A DNA stretch of 64,000 nt. Origin: Marsupella aquatica. Lineage: Eukaryota; Plantae; Marchantiophyta. A model generated the notes under the pieces. That model was given only the letters and a program-made list of their open reading frames with translations, had not been told where the DNA came from and did no database searches. Below, in pieces: positions 1 to 13,700 of this stretch. Within the stretch, counting starts at the first letter, position 1. Each line of letters begins with the position of its first letter. Both the position numbers and the translations under genes were made by a program. The DNA lies in NCBI GenBank assembly GCA_973895155.1, contig OZ316895.1:16348170-16412169 (forward strand). Reading direction: 5' to 3'.

Positions 1-899
1 TGCCTCCTCTGAGGGGATTTACCCTTGGACTTAGATCTGGATTTAGATCTAAACTGGGTTCTACGGTCCCCAGTTGGTCGCTGCATACTCCTCCCACGGT
101 TAACATTGAGGGCAGCACCAGATGATGAAGGCTGTGATGTGATGTGCATCTTCTGCTGAAGATCATCACTAAGCAGAGAACTTACCACGTCATTGTATGA
201 AATGGTATCCCTATCACGATGCAACAACACTCGTGATAGGGACTGGTAAGATGGAGGTAATGAACTAAGAAGCTGCAGAGCCTTCGTCTCATCATTCAAA
301 GTCTCCCCAAGGTTTTCCAAGTCAACGACCATGTCGTTGAAAGCATCCACATGGTCTTGCAACTTCGTACCAGATTCCTTCATCCTGAAACTCATCAGTT
401 TGTAGGAAGTGTAGAGCCGGTTCGACAACTCCTTGCGGTGATACTTGCTCTGCAATTCCGCAAATAAGGACATGCAATCCTTATGTGCACCCAACTGCTT
501 GATGATGGGAGGCATGAGATAGAGTGTAACACACCACACTCCCTGCTCCTGCATGCGGTCCCATTGTTTCTCATCAACATCGTCTTCACGAGGGCTCAGC
601 AGTTGGCCCATCCCTGACGCATAAAGCACTCCCTTCACCTGCTTCTCCCATAGCAAGTAGTCAGAGCGCCCATCATACTTTGTCACTTCATACTTGCGTC
701 CCCCAAGCTTGAAAGTCCCCATCTTCTTCTTTACCGTGAGCTCCGGTAGTAGTACTGCTTCCTCCACCACACGCCGCACCGGTGATGGTATCGGTGTCAC
801 GTGCTCTTCCTCCTGCTCCTCTCTCTGCCCCTGAAACCTCCGCGGTGACCCTCGTGCTTCAAGTTCCACGTCTTCGAAAAACTCCTCCGAATCACTCAT
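1..899 (-). pseudogene. copia gag, frameshifted
   Basis: ATG at 899 in the same context as the gag ATG at 50846. Gag motifs are readable (KYDGRSDYLLWEKQVKG; KLMSFRMKESGTKLQDHVDAFNDMVVDL; LQLLSSLPPSYQSL) but split across frames. Confidence 0.85.
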
Positions 900-1591
900 A
901 TGAGAAAGTCACAAAAAATGTTGTTTTTCACAACTTCTCAAAAAACTCGAAACTCAACACCGCCGCGTAGCCCACAAAGCTAGGAGTCCAATACTGAAAA
1001 CCAAAATCAAAATCGAAATTTGACGGAAAAGTTATTCAAATTTCGGTCGAGGTGGGTAAAACCTTGGGAAACTCCCCCGTTTTGACCACCTCAGGGAATA
1101 ACCGAAATACCAAGTACAACCCGTTGTCGGAATTGCGATGTGATTGGTGCGCTGCATTGCCAACTTCAATGGCTACGACCTCACTTGTCAACAACGAATG
1201 TTGATCAATTGCACTTGGTGCCGTCACCAAGTCCAACAAGGTAATTGATTTTGCTTAGCCTTCCTCTTTGCATCAAAGAGCCAATCCCGGACTCAAAAAC
1301 AATCGTCTTGCCTCAATCTCTCCGTTGAGTCAAAACACTTGACGCTTCTCCCTCCGAGTCGATTGCCAACTTTCTTCACAAAATCCAGAACGACGAAAAC
1401 TTAGATCTCTCTGCACCACGAGCTCCGTTCAACGATTTCTTCACACCGTTAGAAAGCTCTTGCCCTGATCTATCCGTTGAGCCCATAAACTCCAAGTTCC
1501 ATGCGATGGAACTCTGGAAAATCCACCAACACTCAACGCTGGAAAAACCGTCATGAAATCCCGTCACGAACACACGTCACCTCCCAAGCAT

Positions 1592-1603
1592 GCTCTGATA
1601 CCA
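1592..1603 (-). promoter_or_regulatory. primer-binding site (initiator tRNA-Met)
   Basis: Reverse complement reads TGGTATCAGAGC, 2 nt from the LTR end. This is the canonical plant PBS. Confidence 0.92.
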
Positions 1604-1605
1604 AT

Positions 1606-2080
1606 TGTTGAGCATAGACGACGATCGCAACGGCAAGCCCATGAACCATCCAACGCACAATAGTCGACACAAGAGATACGTGGTTCACCTCCTTGAGGCT
1701 ACGTCCACGGGAACACACAAGAGAGCTTTACTGAACTCTAAGCCCGTCGGCTATACCGAGTCTCCACAGTGTAAGCTCTCCCTATCTCTCAAGTGGCTCC
1801 ATAACAATGAGCCTTGGTTCTACCTCTCCAAGCACACATGCCTCTTATGATATAGTGTGCAACTTAGTTGTACCTAACCACATAGTTGTACCTAACCACA
1901 TAGTTGTACCTAATCACGTAGTTGTACCTAACCACATAGTTGTACCTAATCACGTAGTTGTACCTAACCACATAGTTGTACCTAATCACGTAGTTGTACC
2001 TAACCACGTAGTTGTACCAACCCACGTTGTTGTACCAACCACGTCATACCTAACCTAGACGTAAGAGTAAATACCCAACA
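1606..2080 (-). repeat. 5' LTR (475 bp) of copia element
   Basis: TGTTG/CAACA termini; similar to 41048-41401 and 48895-49239. Confidence 0.9.
1865..2045. repeat. 18-bp tandem repeat (TAGTTGTACCTAAYCACR, about 10 copies) inside the LTR
   Basis: Directly visible; it produces the spurious (VVPNH[IV])n ORF. Confidence 0.95.
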
Positions 2081-2089
2081 GTACCAAAC

Positions 2090-2540
2090 AAGACTATGTG
2101 TGTTTGAGCTAGACAAGTTAAAAAAACAGTTAGGCCTTGTAATTGTACAAACAATGAAAAACTAAAAAGTAACTCTTCAAATAAACAAAGAAAGTAGTGA
2201 AAAGAAAATAACCTTTGGATGGATTGTGATTGATATATCAGTGTTTTCCAGTAGATTGTATGAGTTTTCTATTTAATTATCAATTTTTGGAATAACCATG
2301 GGTAGAAAGAAACGCTTCATATACTATAACATTTACCAAGGTAATGTCAAAAACCCTTCGACTACTATGGACAAAAGAACACCAAGGGAACATAAGGAAC
2401 ACTTCAACTACTATGGACAAAAGAATACCCGGGAGAATACCAAAGGAATGTAAGAAACCCTTCGGCTTCTATAACACATTTTGCATGGCCTCTATGGACA
2501 TAGGAGTACCAAGGGAACTTTGTGCATGGACTACTACCAT
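2090..2540 (+). repeat. old dispersed repeat; a diverged inverted copy lies at about 28300-28790
   Basis: Shared blocks, e.g. CTTTGGATG..TGATTGATATATCAGT.TTTTC and AACATTTACCAAGGTAA, occur in opposite orientation in the two regions. Confidence 0.7.
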
Positions 2541-3414
2541 GAAAATCTACTCTTTTTTCCCTCATCTCCATATTCAAAGCTATTCCAGTCTGCAATTTTT
2601 CATGTGCTCTAACTTAATTTTTGAATAACATCAAACTTAAATAACCAAGGGGTCCTCAAACTAATTTAACCCATTGCCCTCTGTCCCTTGGAATTGAAAC
2701 CCAGGTGGACCTCACTTTTGCCAAAATGCTTGGATGTACTTTTGTAACCTGGATGGACTACAGCAAAACCCTCTCTTGTGCTCACATAGTCTCTATTTAC
2801 GGACCCCCATGTGAAGCTCCTTCCAAAATCTCTAGCACCACGTTGAGCCACATCATCAGGTCCCATCACAATCAGGAATGATGTTTTCAACAAGAAACAA
2901 ACACAACTGTTTGTGTTTGATGCAAGGCAAGGAAAAACAGTTATATCCAATAATGGTGAAAAGATCAAAATAGAAAAATGAAAATTTTAGAACAACAAAC
3001 AATTGGGTAAAACAAATTTACCATTTTGATGTGTTGTCAGTGATATATCAGTGTCTACATCAAAAAAATTAGTTTGTTTAAAGTTTTGAAAAAACAAACT
3101 GATCTACAACTATAATAAGGGATATCGACTTTTTTTGTCCTTTGTCCCAATACAAACAAATGTTTGGGCGAGAAACATCCACAACTGTTGGATTTTATTG
3201 GCTATTTTCCCTTATCATTGATGAAAGAAAGGGGCACCCCTGGTGCATATGTGCTTCCCCACACTGCCCCATAAATGCCCTGGCCCAACTCCCTATGGAC
3301 CGACCCTCCTTGCACTGAGCAACGGACGGACATAGGGCTCGTAGAAATATAATTAGTTAGAACCCCTTAGGCTCCACAGTGTAACACAAAATAATCAATC
3401 TCAATCAATCTCTT

Positions 3415-4115
3415 AGTACATGATAAAATCTGTCAATGTTAGATTTATTAGAAAGCTAGAGAAATTTAGAAACTCATTGCCTCTTTAGCACTTGATATAA
3501 TCTCCCAATGTCATACTCATTGGAAAGGTATTGAAAATTAGACTCTCATAATCTCTTTAATATATATTTTTCAAAATCTGTCAATGTTAGGTTCATTGGA
3601 AAGCTAGAAAAATTTATAGACTCTTGATCTTTTTGGTATTTGGCAAAAACTCCCAATGTCAAACATTAGAAAGCTCGAGAGTTTCAAAAGCTCATGATCT
3701 CTTAGTACTTGATAAAATTTGACATAAATGTTTTCGATGTTGGACTCAATGATAGACAGCTAGAAAAATTCATGAACTCGTGATATTTTTAGGATGTGAC
3801 AAAATTTCTTAATGTCACACTTGAGAGAGAAAAATTCAAAAAACTCATCTAGTACTTGACAAAATTTGTCAACGTGAGGCTCATTGGAAACCTAAAATTT
3901 TTGATAACCTCATGATCTTCTTGGTACCAGACAAAATCTACCAATGTGATGCTCATTTGACACCCAGAGAAATTAAGAAAATCAAGATCTTGTTTCTCAC
4001 TCATATCTCAACGAAACATCTTGTGCTAAATACTTAAAAGCATTTTAGAAAATTGGAACATTGCAAATGAGTCGAACATTGGCAGATTTTGTCATTACTA
4101 ACGAGATCATGAGCC
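3415..4115. repeat. degenerate ~70-bp tandem array
   Basis: Recurring TTGAYAAAATCTGTCAATGTTAG..CATTGGAAAGCTAGARAAATT..ACTCATGATCT, about 8 copies; the last copy (about 4070-4115) is inverted. Confidence 0.75.
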
Positions 4116-4459
4116 CTCAACACATTTGGTTACCATAAGTTTTAGAAATGGGTTGAGGGCCATTTGGACTCAAACTTCCAAGTTACCTACAATAACATGT
4201 TCGGAGCACTAAGAAAAGTGGAGTTGACGCTCCCATATTGGAATCGGGATTGGAATGTTTGGGTTGGGTTCATAATTAAACAATGATGTGGAGACAAGTA
4301 GAAGATATACAACCCAAGTTTGAAGTTGATATAGGCCCTAGCTTCACTGATCATGAAGGTGCAAGCAATTCAAAAGTAGGAGTGCGGCAGGATGAGCACT
4401 AGTATAGAGATCCAAATTCATTCATTTTCCAAGTTGCTTCAAGATCCTACATGCTTGTT

Positions 4460-6010
4460 CACATAAATTGGCGGACCTAGCCACCGAGTGCCCTCATAAA
4501 TCCCAGCACTCACGCCTAAGTGCCCCTGGTGCCCGAACGCCTCCACGGAATACCTCGAGCAAGCACCCTAGTGCCCCTTGCACCGCCAGCGGCCCCTCCC
4601 ATACAAAGCCGCACTTGCTCTACAACACGACTGCTACTCAACGGTCCTCACTGTCTGCACAAGCAACCAAGCACCTCAGTAAGTAACCCTTTAGGTCTTA
4701 GAACTTGCCAAGTGTAGCATCCTAACTCAAGCTCAACAGACATAATTGGTAAATAGGTCAGCGATAGATCCTCCCGATGCCATAAGCCGGAACCAGAACC
4801 CACGCGCGCCCATTGTTCGTCTAGAATAGCTCCTTCCTTGGGCGCGGCCCGGGTTCCCCCTCGTACCTATCCATCACCAACTGACCGCCCTGACCCCAGG
4901 ACATGCTCATGGCCCAAATAGCGTAGCTTGTCCCTACACGTCAGGACCAGAATGGCCCCGACTCTAGCAACCAACTCCCAATTTGCCTCACTGATGGTAT
5001 AGGGGCTGAACACTATTGGAACTCAACCTCCACACCTACTTGGCCTTGCCTCCCCAACGCAAGTTCCCTTGGGAGACTGAACGCGGCTTGGCTACTGTTC
5101 GGCAGGATTTGGCAAGCGAGCGAGTTAACACCAGCAAACCCTGAGAATCCATGGTGCCCCAAGACCCAGTTGAGCTTAGGAGTGCGTAGCCCTTCTCGAG
5201 AGTTTTCCAATGCACCCAAGAAGTCCTCCAATGGACTTCCCGTTGGGAAAATATCACCGTTTCCGTTTGACAGTTTCCCTTAGTGTCGTGACCGCCGCGG
5301 TTCACGACTTCGGCTCGCCCTTAGCCCCCAGGGAGACACCACTCCCCTCATATATGCTTCTGGAGACCTGCCACCCCCAGAGCAGCTTTGGTCCCTAAAC
5401 ATTTGGCCCCCAACCCGGATCCTATCGCGCATAATGGGCGCGCCACCAACTAGCAACGCCCATAACTTTCTCGTTAGGCATCCGCAAGCGGAGTGCCTTT
5501 GCCCGTTGTGATCGGGCCGACCCAGTGCTCATGCCTAGGTCCTCAGGTCTCATCTCCGCTCGGGGCCTCTGATCAGCCCAACCCGGATCGGGCCATAACT
5601 TGCGCCCCAAGCGTCTGTTGCCTATGGCGTCAATTCCATGGGCCTCGGGCCCAAGAGGAGCTCACACTGAAGCCCTGAGAACTCAAAGTCCATCCGGAGG
5701 TTAGGACGATCTTCCTTGAGCCCGACCTATTTCCCTTTGACTCGACCAGCTCTCAGCTAGTCCAAGTCCTTAGTGTGTGTCACTAGCTTGGCTCCTTGCC
5801 TTCGCTAGCGCCATGTCTCGTTGCCCACAAGTCTCCCCATGCTAAGTCCTCCCCGGATGGCCTATCCGGGCCTGGAACATAAGGGAGCTCGACGTCGGAG
5901 TCAACGACGCCGGAGCTAAGTGTTAAGGTAGTCGAGTTCCGCAACTCATAATCATAGGTGGTCATGTACGTAGGACTCATACAACAAGACACTTCGTTTT
6001 GATATAACAC
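4460..6010 (-). mobile_element. degenerate GC-rich LTR retrotransposon (gag-like) remnant
   Basis: GC-rich block with a gag-like SPLEDFLGALEN, eroded GH..REC zinc-knuckle-like codons near 4500-4600, and a decayed PBS-like motif near 6000. No intact ORF. Confidence 0.4.
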
Positions 6011-8413
6011 TTAAAAATATTTCCAAAATACTTCTCTCTCATTGGATTTAAGAATTGCTATAGGGAGCAAGGACTTGTCTCTCATTGAATTTAAGAATTG
6101 TTATAAGGAGATGGGGTCCACTATCTAATTCACCAATATATTAGTGAAATCTAGCAAGAAAACAGCCTGGGAAAACAAGACAGACATCTTTTGGAATTTT
6201 GTAAGTTGATCTCTCTCAATTAAATCAACCTATATGTCCAAGCTTAAAGCCATTTACTTTTTCATTTTGGACAATGATCAAATATCCACTTTCAAATTCC
6301 AAACAACCACATTAGATGATAAGGGAGTACGTAATAGGACACCAATTAAAATTTTCCAATGTTATCTAAATTTAGTTTGAGTATTCTAATGTTGGCATAA
6401 AGGAAAATGATACCGCCATATAGAATCAATTATGTGCTAATGGATACAACTAGGAAACAAAAAACAGGGAGTTCTATTCTATAAGGAAACCCAAAAATGG
6501 GCATTTTAAGGCTGGAGACAGACATGGTATCAAAGAGTTTCCTACATCTCTAAACCCTCTCCAAAAGGGCCTTGTAAAAGGCCCATTATGTGTAGGAAAA
6601 AGTACTCCCATGAGGGCATTCTCCAAAACACGCTGAGAGCTTTGAAACCGGGTCCATAACTAGGAGAACTCATAATAGGGAGGGTGGCACGCTTTAAGCA
6701 TTGGTGATAATCCCAGACTACGTTAGAAGATAAAACTCCTGACAAAAACTGTGGTTAAGAACTACTGTATGTAAAATAGAAAATATCTACAGTAGTGGGC
6801 TGGCCAGGATTGCTGCATGCAGTCATGGTTGTCGGATTGCCTTTATGATTTAATTTGAGGTTATTAAAATGGGCAGTGACTTCATGAGTGACCTCGTTGC
6901 TAGCTCGCTGGTATTTTGCAAGTCTTTCTACGTAGTGTGAGACTCAGAATAAACTCGCAGGGACTCACCTACAAAACATTAAAAACTACAATAAGCACTC
7001 CAGCTTCTTTTGCAGTGGTAGTTTTAGTGGGGGTGGTTTTAGTGGTGGTCCAAAAAAACCTTGGAAGGAATCAAAACAAGGAGGAGACACAAAAAAAAAC
7101 AGGAAAAAGGAAAGGGATGGAGGAAAGGGATGGAGGGGAGAATCAAGTATCCTCCCACCTGTCAGGCCAGTACTTCGGACCAATTGCACAAAGTCCCAAG
7201 TGAACATGATCCGCCTATGTCAACCTTGAGTATCCTCTTTGTGACATTTGTCAAAGACTACAAAAGGAAACTGAAATCATTTATGAGCGTGTCAAGTGGG
7301 GTATTCTTCCACATTTTCTTCTTAAGCCCAAATGGAGCCTCATATTGGCCTATGCCCTAGTGCTTGCCATTGACCTCTTTTATGCAACAATTTCTTTTAC
7401 AATTTATGTCTTTTTGTTCCTGCCATCTTTTATGCAATGTGTTTTACACAATGAAATCCTAAACACAACAATCTCTTTTGTGGAACTATCTCTTTTGTGG
7501 GCAACAACATCGTTTATGTAAGTATCCCTTTCTCTTGTTTCTCCTGTTTATTGGGTCTCCCGCTTTGGAATGTAATTGGTAGAACTAAGGATAATATCTA
7601 GAGAAACCAAAGCAAACTAGAGAACCCAATTAAGGGGAGAAAACAAGTAAAAAACCCATGCCAAATAACAAAAGGCATCAGGCAAGGAGACAAGATCACA
7701 ATAAAGGAGATCCAATATTTGCCTCAAACCTTCTGTTTCCCAATTTTATTGGGCAATCCCCTGTCCAGACCCTCATAAAAAACCCAACTTTTGGGAAAAC
7801 CTTACCTACGGGTCATATCACCCACCCACCAGTTTAACTCAACTTCATCAAAATTTCAAATTTTCTCATTTTCTGAAGTGCACCTAAGCATTTGCACAGA
7901 CCATTTTTTTTTGGTGTGGACACTAGTGCACTGGCAGCCAGAGTTAGTGGTGGTAGCATTTTTGTGAACCAAAGATTTTTGAGCCACTACCTGGCCCACA
8001 ACATTCTGGTCACATGAAACCTCCATCAAACAGTTGGTTTGAGACGCCCTAATCAAGGAGTCCCAACAGGGCATCTCAAACCAGCTGTTTCCCCATTTTT
8101 GGGTCAGCGGCTACAAAAAGATTGTGTGCGTGACTCTGACCCAAACCCAACTTTTGGGCAAATTTATCCTAGTAAGGGAAATTTCAATTTGAGAGGGGAC
8201 ACAACATCTGCCCATGTCATTATCATTGTTTGAAGGGCGGCGACACATATGCACGGGACCTATTTTTGCTGTGGACACCAAAGAATTGACCACCTGGGTC
8301 AGTAAGCATGACATTTTTTGGGAATATAGATTCTCAATCCTCAACCCGGGCCACAACATTCTGGTCAGATCACTGGAAACCTCTGCAGACCAGCTGGTTT
8401 GAGACGCCCTCGT

Positions 8414-8554
8414 AAGGAGGTATATGCTTGTTGAACCACCAAAATAAAAAGTGTTACTTGATGGGACCCTGACCTTATATCAATGTACACAACCTTGGGG
8501 GTCAATCAAGTAAAGCTTTTTACTTTGGGGGTCCATTAAGCAAATACCTCCCTT
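8414..8554. mobile_element. MITE-like foldback (~140 bp); related copy at about 25290-25430
   Basis: GAGGTATATGCTT...CAAAATAAAAAGTGTTACTTGAT pairs with ATCAAGTAAAGCTTTTTACTTTG...AAGCAAATACCTC. The same arms (AAAAGTGTTATTTGAT / CAAGTAATACTTTTCAT) recur near 25310-25405. Confidence 0.6.
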
Positions 8555-9589
8555 CATAAGGGAAGAAAAGAGGAAGAAAAGGCCCTTGTTAAGGTCATCT
8601 GGGTGTTGTTCACTTTTTGGGGCTTTAGATTGCTGTCACTCAAGCACTTTAAGCCATGTTTACACCTTATATAGTTAGAATGTACTTCATATGGTCTTCT
8701 GCATGCAGCACAAAGTTACTTTTGAATCCTCCATCCAAGCATGTTGGCATTAGTCAGTGGATAAGTCAGTGTTTCGAGGTACCTGCTCATTTCACTATAT
8801 GAATTATTTTGCCTCTCGTATGGTCTCCCTGCATACACGGGTTGACATGCAGTAGACAAAATATCTTGTAATGAAAACCAGTAATCCTTGAACTGTATAC
8901 ATAATATGGGGGAGAAAATAAGAGGAAAACCCCGGGTAGTCAAAAGTAAAGCCCCCATCGATTTCCAAAGCTAGGATGGACTGACTCAGAACATCAATAT
9001 CTGCTCGGATAGCATTCTTTACAGTTTTGACTCATATGTGACTTGTAAACTGGCTCCTGACTGTTTGCACGGTGGTCACTCGTGGCTCACACAAACTACT
9101 CAGGGTGACCTTCACAAAAGTGAAGCGTCCTTTCTCAAAATGGTAAGTTGGTGCTCATGCCCAAGTACTGAGGGAATTCTTCACAAAATTGAACTGTCCA
9201 TTGGCGGTTAGTATATTTATAATATTTGACTATCTTTGCACTCATCAGCAATGGAACAAATTGTTTCAGAAAAAAATGAAACTTTGTCAGATAATAAATT
9301 GGACATCAAAGAACATGTTGCAAAATTTTGAGCTGAAATAGAGATCCAAAAGCTGTCCAAATAAATGCACAAGTTTTCTGAAAACTAGCATTTGACAGTT
9401 GGTCGAGACACCTACTTAGAATAACTTCTCGGGGCATCCTTCTCAAAAGTGAAGCGTCCTTCTAACAATAGGACAACAATGTATATTTTGGGTCTAAATT
9501 GAGGCCTTGTGTGTCACAGTCCATGGGGATGGGCAAGGCAAAACAAACCCCTCTGTCCATCTGGGCTTAACTTCCCCCTGATAGTCCTT

Positions 9590-9790
9590 AGTTAATTAAC
9601 TGTACACAAAATAAGGGGGAGAAAATAGGTGAAGAACCCCCCATGAAGAAGTGGGTTAATTAGTTAACAGTATACATAGTAAGGGGGAGAAAATAGAGGA
9701 AGAACCCCCCACGAAGAAGTGGGTTAGTTAACTGAATATATTAGTAAGGGGGAGAGAAGAATAGAGGAAGAAGCCACCATGAAGAAGCGT
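9590..9790. repeat. three ~67-bp tandem units upstream of the kinase gene
   Basis: TTAAC....TAAGGGGGAGAAAATAG..GAAGAACCCCCCAYGAAGAAGTGGG repeated; a fourth partial unit near 8890-8935. Confidence 0.8.
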
Positions 9791-10788
9791 CGTCCACTTC
9801 GACTGTGCGCCGTCGGTTCAGTCGTTCGTCTTTCGGTCGTATTTATTCTGTACTCTGTACTCCCAAGTCTCCACTTCTCCACTTCTCCACTTCTCTGCTC
9901 TGCTCTGCTCTGCTCCAGTCTGAAGTACTGTACAGTAGTTCTTCAGTCGGGTACTCGGGTCCGGGGTCCCCGAGGAATGTCGCGGTCCTCCTGTACTCCG
10001 GAGTACCGTAGCGTACTCTGCTCCAGAACACGCTCGTGGCTTCGTGCGGGTCCCAGTGTGAGCTGTTCTCCTCATTGTACGCACCTCATTACCTCTCGAC
10101 TCCGTTGAAATTAAAATTGTCCATTCTGCCCTTGTGAGTCCTGACTTGTGAAGCTTCGAGCCTGCCACTGAGCTGAGTTAGTGAGTGTGAGGGAGTGAGT
10201 GACTTGTGAAGCTTCGAGTCTGTGATCGAATGAGATAATTAATAGAGGTCTGCAGGTTGATGAGCGCCAGGACAAGGCACAGGGATTTCAGAAACGGGTC
10301 GTGTGAATCGTCCTCTTGTGGACTCTTCCCCTGGAGCGATGGCAATCACTTGACGAGCTGTGAGTGCTAGAAGCACCAGCTGAAGAGAGGAGAGATGCTT
10401 GGCCTCTTGATTTTGTGGATTGGAGCTTAACGCAGCTTTTGAGATTACGGGCCGAATTCTGCAGCTGGAACCGATCAATCAGGATCGTTCTTACAGAACG
10501 GGTGAACGAGGATGAGATTTTGAGGGCGTGCGGACCGACCTACAGTGATTTTGTAGTATCGAGCGGGACTTCAACTTTCACCGCAAGTCTGGAGTGTACT
10601 TGCAGATTTGACGAGTTAGGGCAATGAGCGTGGTTGGAGAAAGGGTGGAAGGAAACATGGAACTGGGGAATTTTTAAAGCAGTCTGAATTGGGTACTGTG
10701 GAACCAGATTGGGAGGCAGGTAGCGAGGAGGGGCTTAAGATGCTGTGAATGAGTGCTTGAAATGAAATGAGATAGCAAGTGGTTGAAT

Positions 10789-13700
10789 ATGGCGTCTCCG
10801 GGGCACAGCAATGAGTCGTCTGGAGGAAGTTTGGTCAACAGATTGGGGACCCCGTCGTCGGACATATTCTCCACTGTGGTCTTCAAGTCGGAAGAGGTTT
10901 CCCCGTATGGCACGGTGGTCCGCAATCCCTCAGCCTCGTCCTCAGATGATGCATTCTCCACCATGGTGGTGCATAAGGTGGATGAGAGCTTTCACAGGAG
11001 AGGAGATAGGAGTAATCCCGCGGCCGGGAGCAGCGGAGGTACACTGAGGCAGCAGCAGCGGAGCAATTCCAATTCCCGTGCCGCTGGCGGCCCTCCTGGG
11101 GAACCGTCGATCTTATGGGAGGCTCAGCAGCGCAAGCCTTCTGTAGTTGCACCACCTGCCAACGAAGCGAGGGAGAGAGCTCGCCAGCGGAACCTCAGGG
11201 GGCCGGTCCATGAGACGGTCACTGTGGAAGATCCGTCCCTCAAGTACGATCTTCTAAACGAGCTCGGTATGTGTAATCTTATTTGTGCACTACTTTTTTA
11301 GCCGTCCAAAAATCACTACCACTGCTCACATTGCGACAGAGGGTCTGCTCCAAAGTTGTCGGTCATCCCATCTAATCCCAAATCATAAACAAAAGCCGAA
11401 TCATAAATGAAACCAGGAAGGTGGAAAATGCAAGATACGATTTTTGAGAAAGGTTTATGCTTTAGTGCTCTCTGAGCCAGCTTTGCATCCTTACGAGTGC
11501 TTCGTTTTCTAGGGAAGGGTTCTTATGGTGCAGTTTACAAAGCAAGGGATAGGAGGACATCGGAGTTGGTGGCAGTAAAAGTCATTTCTCTGTGTGAAGG
11601 AGTAAGCTGCCCCTCCTGAAAAGCTTTGTCAAACTACTATCTGACTTATGACTCAATATTTGTTAGGTGCAACTGTACTGCAAGGAAACGGTCTATCTGT
11701 CAGCGGGGGTTTTTGTCGTATGGGCTTCAGTGAATTTCACTCTTGCACAAGATGGACTCGATGATCATGAATGTTAGAATAGTATCAGGGTCCCTTAGCT
11801 GATCACATCTTTTGTTTGAGCTTAAGATACAGTGTAAGCATTGGTGTGTGTGTCTCAGCTTGATCTGTCAGTGCAGGAGGAGGGTTATGAAGAGATCCGG
11901 GGAGAAATTGAAATGTTGCAACAATGCAATCACCCAAATGTAGTTCGATATCTTGGTAGCTATCAAGGGGAAGACTATCTTTGGGTATGCCGGACCTTTC
12001 TCGTGCTCGTCACTTGCATGCTTTCACCTTTCCAACTCTTCTGGCGGATGATTGCAATTAAGGCCGTTACGTTTGCCAATGACTTTCATCGAAAGGACAG
12101 TAAAGCTATCAAGGATCTACTTATCGGAGAAAAACCTTCCACCTCGCGAAACGTTACCACTAATGTCGTCGCTTCTAATCACCCATTTAATAGTTTAGCG
12201 CCAGTTCTTCCGAATGATGGCAGACTCGTACCCAGTAGACGAGCAATATCTATTGACATCTCGTACTGCTTTAGATTCCCCTATAACTAGGGCTTCGTTG
12301 TTTGACATCCTTGACCCTATAATAAGTAAAATTTGAAAATTTTCGGGCTTGCACATGTGAATATTGTACAATTGCTACGTCTATGCGCAGATAGTGATGG
12401 AGTATTGTGGGGGTGGCAGTGTGGCAGACCTGATGAGTGTAACTGATGAAGCACTCGAGGAGCACCAAATTGGCTACATTTGTAAAGAATCTTTGAAGGT
12501 TTGTACCAATTTCTTTTGGTTTTTAAATTATTTGAAGAGGAGACTGAAATGCACAAGGAAAAGTTTAGTCGAATGCAAGGCTCACCCCCTGCCCAAAACT
12601 GTCACGCAGTTCATCAGTTTTCCGAGAATGTTCTTGAATACTGCAGACCTGGACTTTGCCGTTGAAATCAGATATTGAAAGCGTCATTCAACAGTTCTGA
12701 TGCGGACCGTTCTGGCTTGACATGTTGGTCTAGTCTCTGTTTTAATCGTGGGAAATTCTAGCAATGGGTGCCTTCCATGCATTTCTATAGATTGTTAAGA
12801 ACTCGTCCATCCACTGGACTGTCGTTGACCGTAGGGACCAGCTAGCCCAAATCTCACGCGAAACAAGCGCCTTCTTACATTTGACTACTCTACAAATATT
12901 TTTTAAGTGGTCGTCAAAGACAAGGACACCCTCCTTCCTAGGATTGCAGATCTGCAATTTAAGTCATCTCATCAGGAACTTTGGTTGACTTGAGCAGGGA
13001 TTGGCCTACCTCCATTCGATATTTAAGGTCCACAGAGACATAAAAGGAGGAAACATTCTGTTGACAGAGCAAGGAGAAGTCAAACTTGGTAAGAATTTTG
13101 AATTATATGACTTTGGCACAAGTGGAGTCAGTCAGTCATCATCTCTGCACCGAGATTCGGATCAATTAGTTTTGGACCTTCCTTACTTTTCTCCTGTTGT
13201 ATGATGCAAGTCTTCATCCTTAAGGAACACTTGCCTTCAATTGGGCGTGAAGGGATGTTGCATTAGGGTCACACTATATCATGAACTTATCTTGAATGCT
13301 CATCTTGAAATGCAAAGGTGGTTTGAAAGTTACAGGCGGGAAGTCAGCGTTTGCTTACGTCTCCTCGAGAAGTCAATTGAAATGATCTGTGTCGATTGGA
13401 TTATGTCAGTGTTTTACTTAATTTATCGAGTGAAATGACAGGTGACTTTGGTGTGGCCGCACAGCTCACGAGGACAATGTCCAAGCGTAATACGGTGAGT
13501 CACAGCCTGGCAATTGATACTCTGTTAAGCTTCTTATATGTGGTGTGGTACAGATCTGGAATTTATATTTAGCGACCCAAGTTATTGTTTTTACATTTTC
13601 ACATTGTTAGATTCTTTTTCCAATACTTCTCAGAAACATTTCTTTCTAATTGCTGAATGTCTGCAGTTTATTGGCACACCTCACTGGATGGCACCGGAAG

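Larger units (their letters stand above)
1..2080 (-). mobile_element. Ty1/copia LTR retrotransposon, 5' part (LTR, PBS, leader, gag); continues off the left edge
   Basis: On the minus strand: a TGTTG...CAACA LTR (1606-2080), then a TGGTATCAGAGC PBS, then gag. Leader and gag are visibly homologous to the copy at 48895-51900 (e.g. the CTCATATGAGTGA start context, KYDGRSDYLLWEKQVKG). Confidence 0.93.

Noticed and set aside
1807-2058. ORF with (VVPNH[IV])n repeats
   Set aside because: Translation artefact of the 18-bp tandem repeat within an LTR.
9779-10627. Overlapping ORFs upstream of the kinase
   Set aside because: Low-complexity CT-rich promoter/5'UTR sequence without recognisable protein features; no evidence for conserved uORFs.
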